From the NCBI RefSeq assembly GCF_001610875.1, contig NZ_CP011272.1, positions 817,988 through 849,987 on the forward strand: a stretch of DNA of 32,000 bases. The letters are read 5' to 3'. This document shows positions 8,304 to 17,494 of this stretch, piece after piece (position 1 is the first letter of the stretch; every line of letters starts with the position of its first letter). The notes below the pieces were generated by a model that did no database searches, was not told where the DNA came from, and saw only the letters and a program-made list of their open reading frames with translations. Origin of the DNA: Pirellula sp. SH-Sr6A (GTDB lineage: Bacteria > Planctomycetota > Planctomycetia > Pirellulales > Pirellulaceae). The translations under genes and the position numbers were made by a program.

Positions 8304-11132
8304 CTAGTTGGTAACCTGAACACGCTTGTTCATCACTCTACCATCCCCAATTTGCTCGCATTGAAGCCAGATAGTACTTCCCAACAGCTCGCTGGCATCT
8401 TCAAAGACAAATGTTCGGCGCGACCTATCCGTTAGGTTGGCGATCTGCGTCCGTTGCCTTGTCCGACCAGGAATCTTGACGTAGCAATCGAAGCTTCCCG
8501 GTTTGCCCCCTCGATTGATGGCTTCGACTTCTACGATGAGTTCTCCATCGGGCCCCACGTTGTAACTGACTTCGAACTCAAATTCATCGCTCCCGATTTG
8601 CAATTCGTCTTCGGCCGTGATGGTAACCGGACCATCAGGTCCTTCAATCGACGCGACGATTTCGATCGGCGCTGGGCCTGTATTGGCATAGGGACTGAGT
8701 CGAACTGGGATTGCCACCTTCTCCATGCCGTTGGCTTCGACTTGAAATCGTTCAACGGATTGGTCGTCGTTCAGTGCGCTGCAGACAGGCAAAAGTGTTC
8801 CAGAAACGGGAAAAGGGAAAGGATTCTCAAAACTGACTTCGATGAATTCCTCCCGGCCCACCACGACATCTAGTTTTTGAGTCACGATAGACATCCCCAT
8901 TCGCCAACGGGCGGCATAGAGGTCAATCCCCTCGATGACGACCGGCCAATCCCGAATCTCAATCGACTGGATTGGACCTAACGACGATCGTTTATTGTCG
9001 ACTGGAACCGTTCGTCCCCACAGATCGCGAGCTCGAATATTTCGCCCCAAGTACAGATTAGCCTGAACATTTTGTGGCCCCCAGATCAATAGACTGGCTT
9101 GGTCGTCTCGCACCAATACAGCGTTTCTTCCCAGCCTGGCGGTCGGAAGGCTTCCCAGGTTTTGGACACTCGCGAGTGTCGAAGCAAGATTGCGAAACGG
9201 TATGAACATTTCCGCCGGACCACCCGCAGAGGAAAGGATGGCGTTGTTCTCGGACGCGGGATCGAACGCCCAGGCGATCACTTGTCCATTCCAAGGGGAC
9301 TCGGTCAGCATCACCATCCGTTCCGTTAAGTCGCGGACACGCGTTTCGAGACCGTACTGCTTCTGTGAAATAGGTGTGACGGACAGCCAAGGGAGAGATG
9401 GCCGCGAGGAATCGCCCTGACGATTGGTTAGCAGTCGTTTCGTTTCGGAACTTGACATCGCGACCGGACTATGAAGCTGCCAGGTATCGATGCTCGGTGC
9501 GTCGTCCACCTCGACAACCGGATTGTGTGCGGCAATCAACTGAACATCTTGCCCAAAGCGCTTTACTGTCTTTTCGATCGCCTCCAGGGAAGGTTTGAAT
9601 CCCGGGCTGTTTGCAAAGTCTGTTTCATCGTCCCATCCCAATTGAAAATGAACCAATCGCGAGCACATCGATTGGATAACGGGGTCCAGATAGGATTGAG
9701 TTAGATGAGGATCCTCTAAGGAGCTCGCCGTGTCGGCCGTTTTTAGTTTGGGAAAGAACGGGATCAACGAAGGTGGTGGGGTTGCGATCACGCCGACGCA
9801 GCGAATGCCTGAACTTTGAAACTGATCGATGCGCGAGGCCAGCTCAGCCCCTGCGTCCACGTCGCGAGGGTCGAACCATATGGGCAGTTTGATCCTTCCG
9901 ACGTGCATTTCACGCAACAATTCCAGCCAGCGCGTTTTGTCCAGCGATCGATCAAAGGGAACCCGATCCTCAGGAATGGACAATCCGATTTGGTTATTGA
10001 TCAACCCTGTATTCGTATCCGTCAACACAACGAAGCGATCGATCAATTCAAAGCGATCCGCCCGGCTTCGTTCCAACTGCGTCCGAACTTCGTAGTATCC
10101 TGGTTCTAGACCTTCCAACTCCCACCTGCATTCACCTTGCCAGCGATCCGCTTTACCTATCCCTCGTGAGGGCGATGAATGAGCCGGGGAGTTATCTAGA
10201 GCGACCAAGTGAGAAGCCATTGCGTTGGAGCCAGTGAGAGGTTCCAACTCCTTCGTGGCACGTCGAGCGATCCGACCGGTATGGTCTTTCAGTTGCAAGT
10301 CGAGCGACGATTGCAACTCGGTCATTCCGGTCGCGGTGCATTGCACGATGACCTTCTCTCCGACTCGAAAAATGCCAGAGGGCTTGTTAACCTGCAATGC
10401 GAGGCGAGGCGATCGTATTAACTCGATTGCATCGATTCCAAATCGCCCTCGAAACGCTTTCGAGTTCAAGGGTGCGACACGAAGCCGAATCTGTGCAAAA
10501 GCCACTCTCGGATCAAACGGATATTGATCGTTCGTCGTGAGGGATTGCCAGTTCTCAACCCCTCGAAGCGAGCGGGTGGAACGCTCGAGTACGACCTTGC
10601 GATCGCGATCTAGCAATGTCAATGTTGCGGAAAGCTCGTAGCCGAGATCTGGATCGTTCGCCATCCCCTGACAATGGATGCCATAGACCGAATCTCGCTC
10701 CACAGGGAGAAGCGGGGAAACGATTTCGGCAGCCCCCCCATCCATTTGGAACTCCAGATAGGGATTCAGCACCGACCGTTCCAACCACTGATCAAACTCT
10801 TTGGGCGTTGATTCCGGTGTGATTTGCCAAGGAAATTTCTTCAGTTTCCACGCCAACGACCACTGCGAAAATGTCCGTCGAAATTGCTCGATCTCCGCGA
10901 GGTCTTCTTTGGACGTGGCACGTCTCGTGATCCCAATCGATAGGTACTTGGGGTATTGCACCCCCGTACGTCTGGTCCAATCATCCGGCCAGCGATCCGC
11001 CTTGGCGTCTTCGTTGGCTCCAAAGTCCCAACGGTGCACCACGTCCAGTTTGCTCTCTGCGGCACGGAGATCGACCGAAGTCCCGACGCATCCGGAAAGG
11101 ACGAAAGCAGTCGCGATCCATCTCAATCGCAT
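8304..11132 (-). CDS. Large secreted protein with TIM-barrel glycoside-hydrolase-like central region and beta-sandwich-like flanks
   Basis: Internal ATG at 11132 gives a signal peptide (MRLRWIATAFVLSGCVGTSVDLRAA). The central region has features resembling GH barrels (DKTRWLELLREMHVGRIKLPIWFDP...FQLGWDDETDF...IAWAFDPASENNAILSSAGGPAEMF). Confidence 0.65.
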   Translation of the reverse strand: MRLRWIATAFVLSGCVGTSVDLRAAESKLDVVHRWDFGANEDAKADRWPDDWTRRTGVQYPKYLSIGITRRATSKEDLAEIEQFRRTFSQWSLAWKLKKFPWQITPESTPKEFDQWLERSVLNPYLEFQMDGGAAEIVSPLLPVERDSVYGIHCQGMANDPDLGYELSATLTLLDRDRKVVLERSTRSLRGVENWQSLTTNDQYPFDPRVAFAQIRLRVAPLNSKAFRGRFGIDAIELIRSPRLALQVNKPSGIFRVGEKVIVQCTATGMTELQSSLDLQLKDHTGRIARRATKELEPLTGSNAMASHLVALDNSPAHSSPSRGIGKADRWQGECRWELEGLEPGYYEVRTQLERSRADRFELIDRFVVLTDTNTGLINNQIGLSIPEDRVPFDRSLDKTRWLELLREMHVGRIKLPIWFDPRDVDAGAELASRIDQFQSSGIRCVGVIATPPPSLIPFFPKLKTADTASSLEDPHLTQSYLDPVIQSMCSRLVHFQLGWDDETDFANSPGFKPSLEAIEKTVKRFGQDVQLIAAHNPVVEVDDAPSIDTWQLHSPVAMSSSETKRLLTNRQGDSSRPSLPWLSVTPISQKQYGLETRVRDLTERMVMLTESPWNGQVIAWAFDPASENNAILSSAGGPAEMFIPFRNLASTLASVQNLGSLPTARLGRNAVLVRDDQASLLIWGPQNVQANLYLGRNIRARDLWGRTVPVDNKRSSLGPIQSIEIRDWPVVIEGIDLYAARWRMGMSIVTQKLDVVVGREEFIEVSFENPFPFPVSGTLLPVCSALNDDQSVERFQVEANGMEKVAIPVRLSPYANTGPAPIEIVASIEGPDGPVTITAEDELQIGSDEFEFEVSYNVGPDGELIVEVEAINRGGKPGSFDCYVKIPGRTRQRTQIANLTDRSRRTFVFEDASELLGSTIWLQCEQIGDGRVMNKRVQVTN

Positions 11133-11232
11133 CTTGGCACTCTGCCAAGCAGAGACGATACTTGAGCGAAGCTTCGACTGCGATTGCAGCCGAGGTGCGT
11201 CTTTCCTATTTCGCAGGACACGAGGAATCATT

Positions 11233-12012
11233 TTGCCAGGACTACGTGTTGGAATTCAACTCTCCGGATTGAAACTACCCTTCAAGCAAGCATTGCACGC
11301 TGCCGCACGAATGGGAGTCGATGGAATTGAAATCGACGCGCGATACGGACTGCGACCTTCCGAAATTGTCGGCACGGCGCTGCGGCAAATTCGGAAATTG
11401 CTTGAAGATCTAAATTTGCGAGTCGCATCGGTTAGGTACGCCACGCGGCGCGGGTACGATTGCGAAGAGGAATTGGAGCGCCGAATCGCGGGGACGAAGG
11501 AAGCCATGCGCATGGCGTACGATCTCGGTGCAAACGTCGTGGTGAACCACTGTGGCAACATTCCGGAGTCGCCCGACGAACTGTCCTATACGGTGCTGCG
11601 AAGTGTCCTCACGGACCTCGGGAATTACAGTCAGCGCGTAGGTGCATTTCTGGCCTGTGAAACAGGATCTGAACCCCTCGATCGCCTCGGTACCTTGATC
11701 GATTCCCTCCCAGAAGGCTCGGTGGGTATTACCTTGACCCCTGGTAATCTTCTCGTCAATGGCTTTGATCTGCAGCCGTTGCCGCAAGTGGCGAAACACG
11801 TGATGCTGGTCCATGCAAAGGACGGGGTCCGAGACCGTTCGCGCGGACGCGGTTCCGAAGTTGAGTTGGGGAGGGGGATGGCAGAATTTCCTGAAATAGC
11901 AGGAACACTCGAGGAGCAACACTTCAATGGGTATTACATTGTAGAGCGGGATAACCCGCGGAACCCAATCGAAGAGATTGCGACCTCCGTTGAGTTTCTA
12001 AAGAATATGTAA
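11233..12012 (+). CDS. Sugar phosphate isomerase/epimerase family protein (xylose-isomerase-like TIM barrel)
   Basis: VGIQLSGLKLPFKQALHAAARMGVDGIEIDARYGL...VVNHCGNIP...ACETGSEPLDRL...HAKDGV...GYYIVERDNP. Likely TTG start at 11233 preceded by GAGG; the ORF-track ATG at 10801 lies inside the divergent gene. Confidence 0.78.
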   Translation: MPGLRVGIQLSGLKLPFKQALHAAARMGVDGIEIDARYGLRPSEIVGTALRQIRKLLEDLNLRVASVRYATRRGYDCEEELERRIAGTKEAMRMAYDLGANVVVNHCGNIPESPDELSYTVLRSVLTDLGNYSQRVGAFLACETGSEPLDRLGTLIDSLPEGSVGITLTPGNLLVNGFDLQPLPQVAKHVMLVHAKDGVRDRSRGRGSEVELGRGMAEFPEIAGTLEEQHFNGYYIVERDNPRNPIEEIATSVEFLKNM

Positions 12013-12095
12013 CTGGTGAACACTGCGTTCAGACCCCGACGAACTCGCAACCTATGGACGCTCCCCTCTATTCAGACCGTTTAAGGAACTATTCG

Positions 12096-12587
12096 ATGAA
12101 ATCCACGTTTTGGTCTGGTTTGTTGTTGGCAACGTTGTCCGTTTCATCGTTTCTGATCATTCCCCGCGATCCCTCGGCCGCGCAAGAGCGCGCAGCACAA
12201 TCGAAGCCCCCCGTCGCTGAATTCGAAGAATACCTCAGCAATTCAAAACTAACGGGTGTCTTTACAATCGATGGGAAACCCTTGGAAAAACTGGAAACTG
12301 AAACCTACGAGATCAAGTCTGCGAAGAAGCTCGAGGGTTACGATTCACTTTGGGAAATCGTTGCGAGAATCAAATATGGCGACAAGGATATCGAGGTACC
12401 CGTCGAGATCAACGTCGAATGGATCGGCCGGACGCCAGTCATGGTGATGGACTCGATGGCCATCCCAGGACTCGGTACATTCTCCGCTCGCGTTCTCTTT
12501 CACGACAAGAAGTACTCAGGGACATGGAAGCACGATAATCACGGGGGCCATCTTTTTGGCCGCGTCGAAAAAATGAACGCCAAGTAA
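12096..12587 (+). CDS. Small secreted hypothetical protein
   Basis: ATG at 12096 gives a signal peptide (MKSTFWSGLLLATLSVSSFLIIPRDPSAA), then a compact beta-rich sequence ending in GTWKHDNHGGHLFGRVEKMNAK. Confidence 0.7.
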   Translation: MKSTFWSGLLLATLSVSSFLIIPRDPSAAQERAAQSKPPVAEFEEYLSNSKLTGVFTIDGKPLEKLETETYEIKSAKKLEGYDSLWEIVARIKYGDKDIEVPVEINVEWIGRTPVMVMDSMAIPGLGTFSARVLFHDKKYSGTWKHDNHGGHLFGRVEKMNAK

Positions 12588-12652
12588 TGCAACTAAATTC
12601 AATCTCGTCCTTCACGATGCCGAAGCGAATTACCTTGTATTAGAAATGTATT

Positions 12653-12668
12653 GCAAACGTAGGTTTGC
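12653..12668. repeat. Perfect 6-bp inverted repeat with 4-nt spacer upstream of the nucleotidyltransferase gene
   Basis: GCAAAC-GTAG-GTTTGC read directly. Confidence 0.6.
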
Positions 12669-12686
12669 CTTTGGAGTGTGAAGTCG

Positions 12687-13463
12687 ATGAAGGTTGTTTT
12701 ATTTTGTGGTGGACTCGGGATGCGTTTACGCGAGTATTCGGAAGCGATCCCCAAACCCTTGGTGCATGTCGGTAATCGCCCAATCCTTTGGCACATTATG
12801 AAGTACTATGCCCACTACGGCCATAAGGACTTCATCCTCTGTCTGGGATGGAAGGGGGAATTGATCAAAGAGTATTTCCTGAAATACAACGAGTGCTTTT
12901 CCAATGACTTCATCATCAGCGGTGGCACTCACTCCATTGAATTGCTATCTCGCGACATCAATGAGTGGCGAATTACCTTTGTCGATACGGGAATCACGTC
13001 GAACATCGGACAACGATTGAAAGCAGTGCAAAGCCATCTAGAGGGAGAACAAACGTTTCTCGCCAACTACACCGATGGGCTCAGCGATGTCCCGCTCCCG
13101 CAATTGATCGATTGCCATCGAGCCAATCATGCAACGGCAACGTTCATGGCCGTTCGACCCGTTCAAACGTTTCATTGTGTCGAGGCAGATGCTTCGGGCG
13201 CTGTGTCGGATATCATTGCCGTCAGCGAATCGAACCTCTTGGCGAACGCAGGCTTCTTTGTCCTGGAGAAAGAGATTTTCGATGTGATCCAAGATGGAGA
13301 GGAGATCATTCCCACCCCGTTCCAACGCTTGATTTCGCAACGAAAGCTCTACTCCATGCACTATCCAGGCTTTTTTGCTTGCATGGATACCTTCAAAGAG
13401 AAACAGATGTTCGATGACTTGCACGCCCGCGGCGAAACTCCTTGGGAAGTCTGGCGACAATAG
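12687..13463 (+). CDS. rfbF: Glucose-1-phosphate cytidylyltransferase-like sugar nucleotidyltransferase
   Basis: MKVVLFCGGLGMRLREYSEAIPKPLVHVGNRPILWHIMKYYAHYGHKDFILCLGWKGELIKEYFL and PFQRLISQRKLYSMHYPGFFACMDTFKEKQ. GGAG Shine-Dalgarno at 12673-12676; an alternative GTG start lies at 12678. Confidence 0.88.
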   Translation: MKVVLFCGGLGMRLREYSEAIPKPLVHVGNRPILWHIMKYYAHYGHKDFILCLGWKGELIKEYFLKYNECFSNDFIISGGTHSIELLSRDINEWRITFVDTGITSNIGQRLKAVQSHLEGEQTFLANYTDGLSDVPLPQLIDCHRANHATATFMAVRPVQTFHCVEADASGAVSDIIAVSESNLLANAGFFVLEKEIFDVIQDGEEIIPTPFQRLISQRKLYSMHYPGFFACMDTFKEKQMFDDLHARGETPWEVWRQ

Positions 13464-13533
13464 ATTTTCTTCCTGCGAACGATCCCCGGCCCGATCGCAG
13501 CCGTCCCGCTCTGGAAAACACGACGAGAATGCA

Positions 13534-14172
13534 ATGAAGTGGAATCCCTTACGCTCTGTTCTATGTTTGGGAGCACACGCGGACGACATCGAGATAGGTT
13601 GCGGCGCGACGTTGCTCGAACTCCAACAGTCCCAACCCGATGTCAAAATCGACTGGGTTGTGTTCTCCAGCAATCCAGTTCGAGCCGCCGAGGCCCAATC
13701 CAGCTTCACCGAGTGGGTCGGAGAACGGAACCGAGGCGAGCTGCGCATTTACTCATTCGAGGACACTCTTTTCCCGGTGCAACGACGCGAGCTCAAGGAG
13801 CGTTTTCAAACGATTTCAATGGGGGTTTCGCCCGACCTTATCTTCACACACCGAATCGAAGACGCGCACCAAGATCATCGATTGGTGGCGGAGCTCACAT
13901 GGAATACATTTCGCGACCACTCGATTCTGGAGTACGAGATCGCAAAATACGAAGGAGACCTTGGAAAGCCCAACGTCTATGTCCCCATCTCCGAGCCCAA
14001 TGCCAATCGCAAATTGCAGGGGCTTATGCGGCTCTATCCGTCACAGCACGAAAAGCCATGGTATAGCACCGAAACCTTTCGAGCTCTCATGTCGCTGCGC
14101 GCCATAGAATGTCGTTCCTCAAGTGGCTTTGCAGAGGCGTTCTATGGGAGAAAGATCACTCTCTCCCCCTGA
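13534..14172 (+). CDS. PIG-L family deacetylase (LmbE-like)
   Basis: VLCLGAHADDIEIGCGATL at the N-terminus and DLIFTHRIEDAHQDHRLVAELTWNTFR (HxxH-type motif). Confidence 0.88.
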   Translation: MKWNPLRSVLCLGAHADDIEIGCGATLLELQQSQPDVKIDWVVFSSNPVRAAEAQSSFTEWVGERNRGELRIYSFEDTLFPVQRRELKERFQTISMGVSPDLIFTHRIEDAHQDHRLVAELTWNTFRDHSILEYEIAKYEGDLGKPNVYVPISEPNANRKLQGLMRLYPSQHEKPWYSTETFRALMSLRAIECRSSSGFAEAFYGRKITLSP

Positions 14173-14233
14173 TACCCATCACAAATGCTCGGGCGACCGC
14201 TCAGGCCATCCAGCCACCGCCTCGGGGATCTCT

Positions 14234-15025
14234 CTATTTTCCGAAGCTAAAACCCTTTGAGCCGGTTCTCATCCGTGCGGAACTGCTCGACGACGATGCG
14301 CTAGCGCGAGCTCTCGCACTGGAAACCGCCGATTTGTGATAATCGTTTGGACTCATGGTCGTTCCACGGAAGTCTGGGCGAGCACCCGCGTTGGGACCGC
14401 TGTAGTAACTCGATTGACGATTGAGCATGGACGCAATCAGATAACCCGTTAGGAATCCTCCAGGACGGTAACCGTAGGGACGGTGATGTCCGTTATTGTC
14501 CGAAGCGACCAATCGCTGGTTCTCTGGATCGATCGTGACGGTGAATTCCTTCGTCTCCCCCGCGTCTTGGATGTTGTTAAGATTGAGATCCTTGAATCCG
14601 ATGATCTCGCCCCCTGCAGCCATAGTGACCCCGACCGGAGATGCCATGACCTGCAGTTTATTCAGCTCCGCTGCGTAACGCTTCAAGAACTCTGCTTCCT
14701 TTGCGGGGTCCTGCTGGATGGGAGCAGCGACAGTTCCATGGACAGCATTGTCTGCAGGCGTTGCACTCGCCGCGTCTGTATCACTCGCATTCTCAGCCGA
14801 GACCGCGACATCGATGGCTCCCCCGCTGTTCACCGCATCCGATCCAGTAGGTTGGCTGTTTCCCGCATTTGCCGTCGCGGCGGACGAGGCTGCCGATTCA
14901 TCGAGCACTGTCGCGAGGGCCTGAAGTACTTTATTCAGATCCACTACGTCGACCGTCGTTGTCGACGCACAACCCAATACGAGCGCGGTGGGAACCAGGA
15001 GGAGAAGGGCTTTGATTTTCGACAT
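14234..15025 (-). CDS. Putative lipoprotein
   Basis: MSKIKALLLLVPTALVLGCAS lipobox; Ala/Ser/Asn-rich linker; C-terminal Ser/Ala/Arg low-complexity tail. Confidence 0.72.
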   Translation of the reverse strand: MSKIKALLLLVPTALVLGCASTTTVDVVDLNKVLQALATVLDESAASSAATANAGNSQPTGSDAVNSGGAIDVAVSAENASDTDAASATPADNAVHGTVAAPIQQDPAKEAEFLKRYAAELNKLQVMASPVGVTMAAGGEIIGFKDLNLNNIQDAGETKEFTVTIDPENQRLVASDNNGHHRPYGYRPGGFLTGYLIASMLNRQSSYYSGPNAGARPDFRGTTMSPNDYHKSAVSSARARASASSSSSSARMRTGSKGFSFGK

Positions 15026-15118
15026 AATTCATTGCTCCCATGGTGGAACAAAATAGAGGGCTCTCGGGAAGCTGTGTTGCTCGCCAAATTATAGCAGAGA
15101 GGTAGGCTGCAGGGTGAA

Positions 15119-17476
15119 TTAACTGGCAGACTGCTTCTCCGGGTATTTGATGCGGCCGTGATAAATGGCAGTCAGGCTCTTAGTAAGCGACGTTTTGATC
15201 AGTTCCAGCTCTTTCAGCGTCAACGCGCACTCCTCAAATTGACCGTCGAGCAACTTTTTCATCGCGATCTGCTCAACGAGGTTCTGAAGGCGCGATGGCG
15301 TTGGCTCTACCAACGCGCGCGACGCACTTTCCACCGCGTCCGCCAACATCAGAACCGCAGCTTCACGCGTCTGAGGCTTGGGGCCGGGATAGCGGTAGGT
15401 GTTCTCGGTGACTTCATCGGCGTGCGGATCCTGTTCGCTTTTCTTCGTCGCCATCCGGAAGAAGTACTCGACCAAAGTCGTGCCGTGATGCTGTTCAATG
15501 AAATCGATGATCCGCTTTGGGAGCTTATGCTTCCGTCCCAAGTCGGCACCGTCTTTGACGTGGGCGATGATGATGAGCGTGCTCATCGCGGGCTGCAAGG
15601 TATCGTGGCGGTTTGCACCAGGGGTTTGGTTCTCAACGAAGTAATTCGGCTTGAACATCTTTCCGATGTCATGAAAACAGGCTCCGACACGGACGAGCAA
15701 TCCGTTTGCCCCAATCGCTTCTGCTGCCGACTCGGCCAACGCCGCTACAGAGATGCTGTGGTTGTAGGTTCCGGGCGCTCGCTGAGCCAATTGCCGAAGA
15801 AGCGGATGACTCATATCGCTGAGTTCCAAGAGGCTTAAATCCGTCTGAACATCGAGGAGACGTTCGAAAACCGGAAGCAAACCGGCCATGAGAGGTCCGC
15901 AAGCGAACACGATTACTGCCTGCCATGCAGCTTCGTTGATCAAACGAACAGGAAATAGACTGTTGGTAAAGGTTTGGATGCCGCTCATCGCGGGACCATC
16001 GGTGATCACTCCCCCCGACTGCCCAGTCATGACTCCCAGTCCGAGCACGGTAAAAAAGACAACCGTTGCGACGCCGAGCCCTACATAAATGAGCCGAGTC
16101 CGGTTCCGAATTCGTCCACACAACAAAGTGGCCGCCGCTGCCGCGCTGGAAAGCACGATAAACTCGGACAGATCGACCCGAGAACAAAACGATATCAACA
16201 AAGAGAGCGCCGCCATCAACATCAAAGACGTGGGGCGACCGAATGCAATCGTGGCTACTATGGCGGTGAGTGTGACCGGAGCAACTTCCGCCCGCAATGG
16301 ATCGCTCGCTGCGAGCACCGACAGAATCACACACCCCAAACACACGCCGAGGACTTGTGTGAGTTTGACCGTGTCGGTGATAAGGGTTCGATCCAACGAT
16401 TGATATATGAAAAAACCGACCAACACGTACAACGCGGTAATCAGACCACAAAATGCAGCGAGTCTTTGAAGGCGTAGTTTCCACGTCAGCTTCGAGGTGT
16501 AAGCAGCATGCTCTGCCCGGAGCAGTGCTATTTCCTTTTCGCCAAGCATCTTACCGATCGGGACGATCGATCCGAAGTTCGGATCGTAGGAGACCATCGC
16601 GGGCTTGACCGCTGCAATCGCTTCCTGCCTGGCTTTGTTACTTCGGTCCGTATTGAGCGTCAGTGTTTCTGGCAAATTGAGCGAAAGGTAATTGAAGACC
16701 AATTGGGCCAAGGTCCTCGATTCCTCATTCGGAAAGAGATTGCGAATCTCTCGTATCAACGAGGTTCGCAATGAGTTGTTCAACTCTGCAAGCCTCACAC
16801 GTTGAACTTCTACGTCGATGTGTTGGTTTTCACTGCCGGGCTTGATGACGCGGATGTAGCGTTGATTCCCCAACTCCAAATCATGAGCCAATGTCTTAAG
16901 CGTCCCGGTCTCCAAAATAGGATCGAGAACCTCGCGCATAGCCGAAGTGTACTTGGACCAATCGGACGAGCTAGCGAGCGTTTTGTGGATTGCTTCCAAT
17001 GCCGCTTCGTGCGGGATCTTTTGGGGCAAAGGCTCGCCATCCGACACCCCGAGCACATCGAGCAACGCGATCTGGGGCTTGGTCAGGGAGGTCACATCGG
17101 GAACTTCGTGAAGGGCCTGAAGCGTATCTCGCAGCGCCCCGGCCAGTTGCACAATCGCTTCATTGCGATTCTCGTACACACAATAGACCTCGCGAGCCGC
17201 TTGAGATTTCAGAACCTCCGTTTTGACTTCGTCGACAACTTGAAAGGGAACTCGAGCCAAGATCGATCGCTGCGGCACGAAGCCTTGGCGATAAGCGAAC
17301 GGGGGCTCCCAAGCTCGTACGAAGACGACGATGAAGACCGCAACGGCGACGGCGATACCGAGCTTTCCGAGCGACTCCCAAGTTGCCGCTTTGGCTAACC
17401 AAGCCCTCCAGGGGTAGCGATCGATTCGCAAATTCGCAGCGCGTTCGCTGCGGGTTCTAGCATTCGTGTTGGACAC
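15119..17476 (-). CDS. 7TM-HD family phosphodiesterase (PgpH/YqfF-like HDIG membrane protein)
   Basis: N-terminal TM plus extracellular region, multiple TM helices, then NHSISVAALAESAAEAIGANGLLVRVGACFHDIGKMFKPNYFVENQ...HVKDGADLGRKHKLPKRIIDFIEQHHGTTLVEYFF. Next to phoH, as is common. Confidence 0.92.
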   Translation of the reverse strand: MSNTNARTRSERAANLRIDRYPWRAWLAKAATWESLGKLGIAVAVAVFIVVFVRAWEPPFAYRQGFVPQRSILARVPFQVVDEVKTEVLKSQAAREVYCVYENRNEAIVQLAGALRDTLQALHEVPDVTSLTKPQIALLDVLGVSDGEPLPQKIPHEAALEAIHKTLASSSDWSKYTSAMREVLDPILETGTLKTLAHDLELGNQRYIRVIKPGSENQHIDVEVQRVRLAELNNSLRTSLIREIRNLFPNEESRTLAQLVFNYLSLNLPETLTLNTDRSNKARQEAIAAVKPAMVSYDPNFGSIVPIGKMLGEKEIALLRAEHAAYTSKLTWKLRLQRLAAFCGLITALYVLVGFFIYQSLDRTLITDTVKLTQVLGVCLGCVILSVLAASDPLRAEVAPVTLTAIVATIAFGRPTSLMLMAALSLLISFCSRVDLSEFIVLSSAAAAATLLCGRIRNRTRLIYVGLGVATVVFFTVLGLGVMTGQSGGVITDGPAMSGIQTFTNSLFPVRLINEAAWQAVIVFACGPLMAGLLPVFERLLDVQTDLSLLELSDMSHPLLRQLAQRAPGTYNHSISVAALAESAAEAIGANGLLVRVGACFHDIGKMFKPNYFVENQTPGANRHDTLQPAMSTLIIIAHVKDGADLGRKHKLPKRIIDFIEQHHGTTLVEYFFRMATKKSEQDPHADEVTENTYRYPGPKPQTREAAVLMLADAVESASRALVEPTPSRLQNLVEQIAMKKLLDGQFEECALTLKELELIKTSLTKSLTAIYHGRIKYPEKQSAS

Positions 17477-17494
17477 AGCAGTCAGTCTAAAGGT

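Noticed and set aside
10801-11232. ORF-track N-terminal extension of the epimerase-like protein
   Set aside because: It overlaps the divergent secreted-protein gene and its signal peptide region. A TTG with GAGG upstream at 11233 fits the fold start better.
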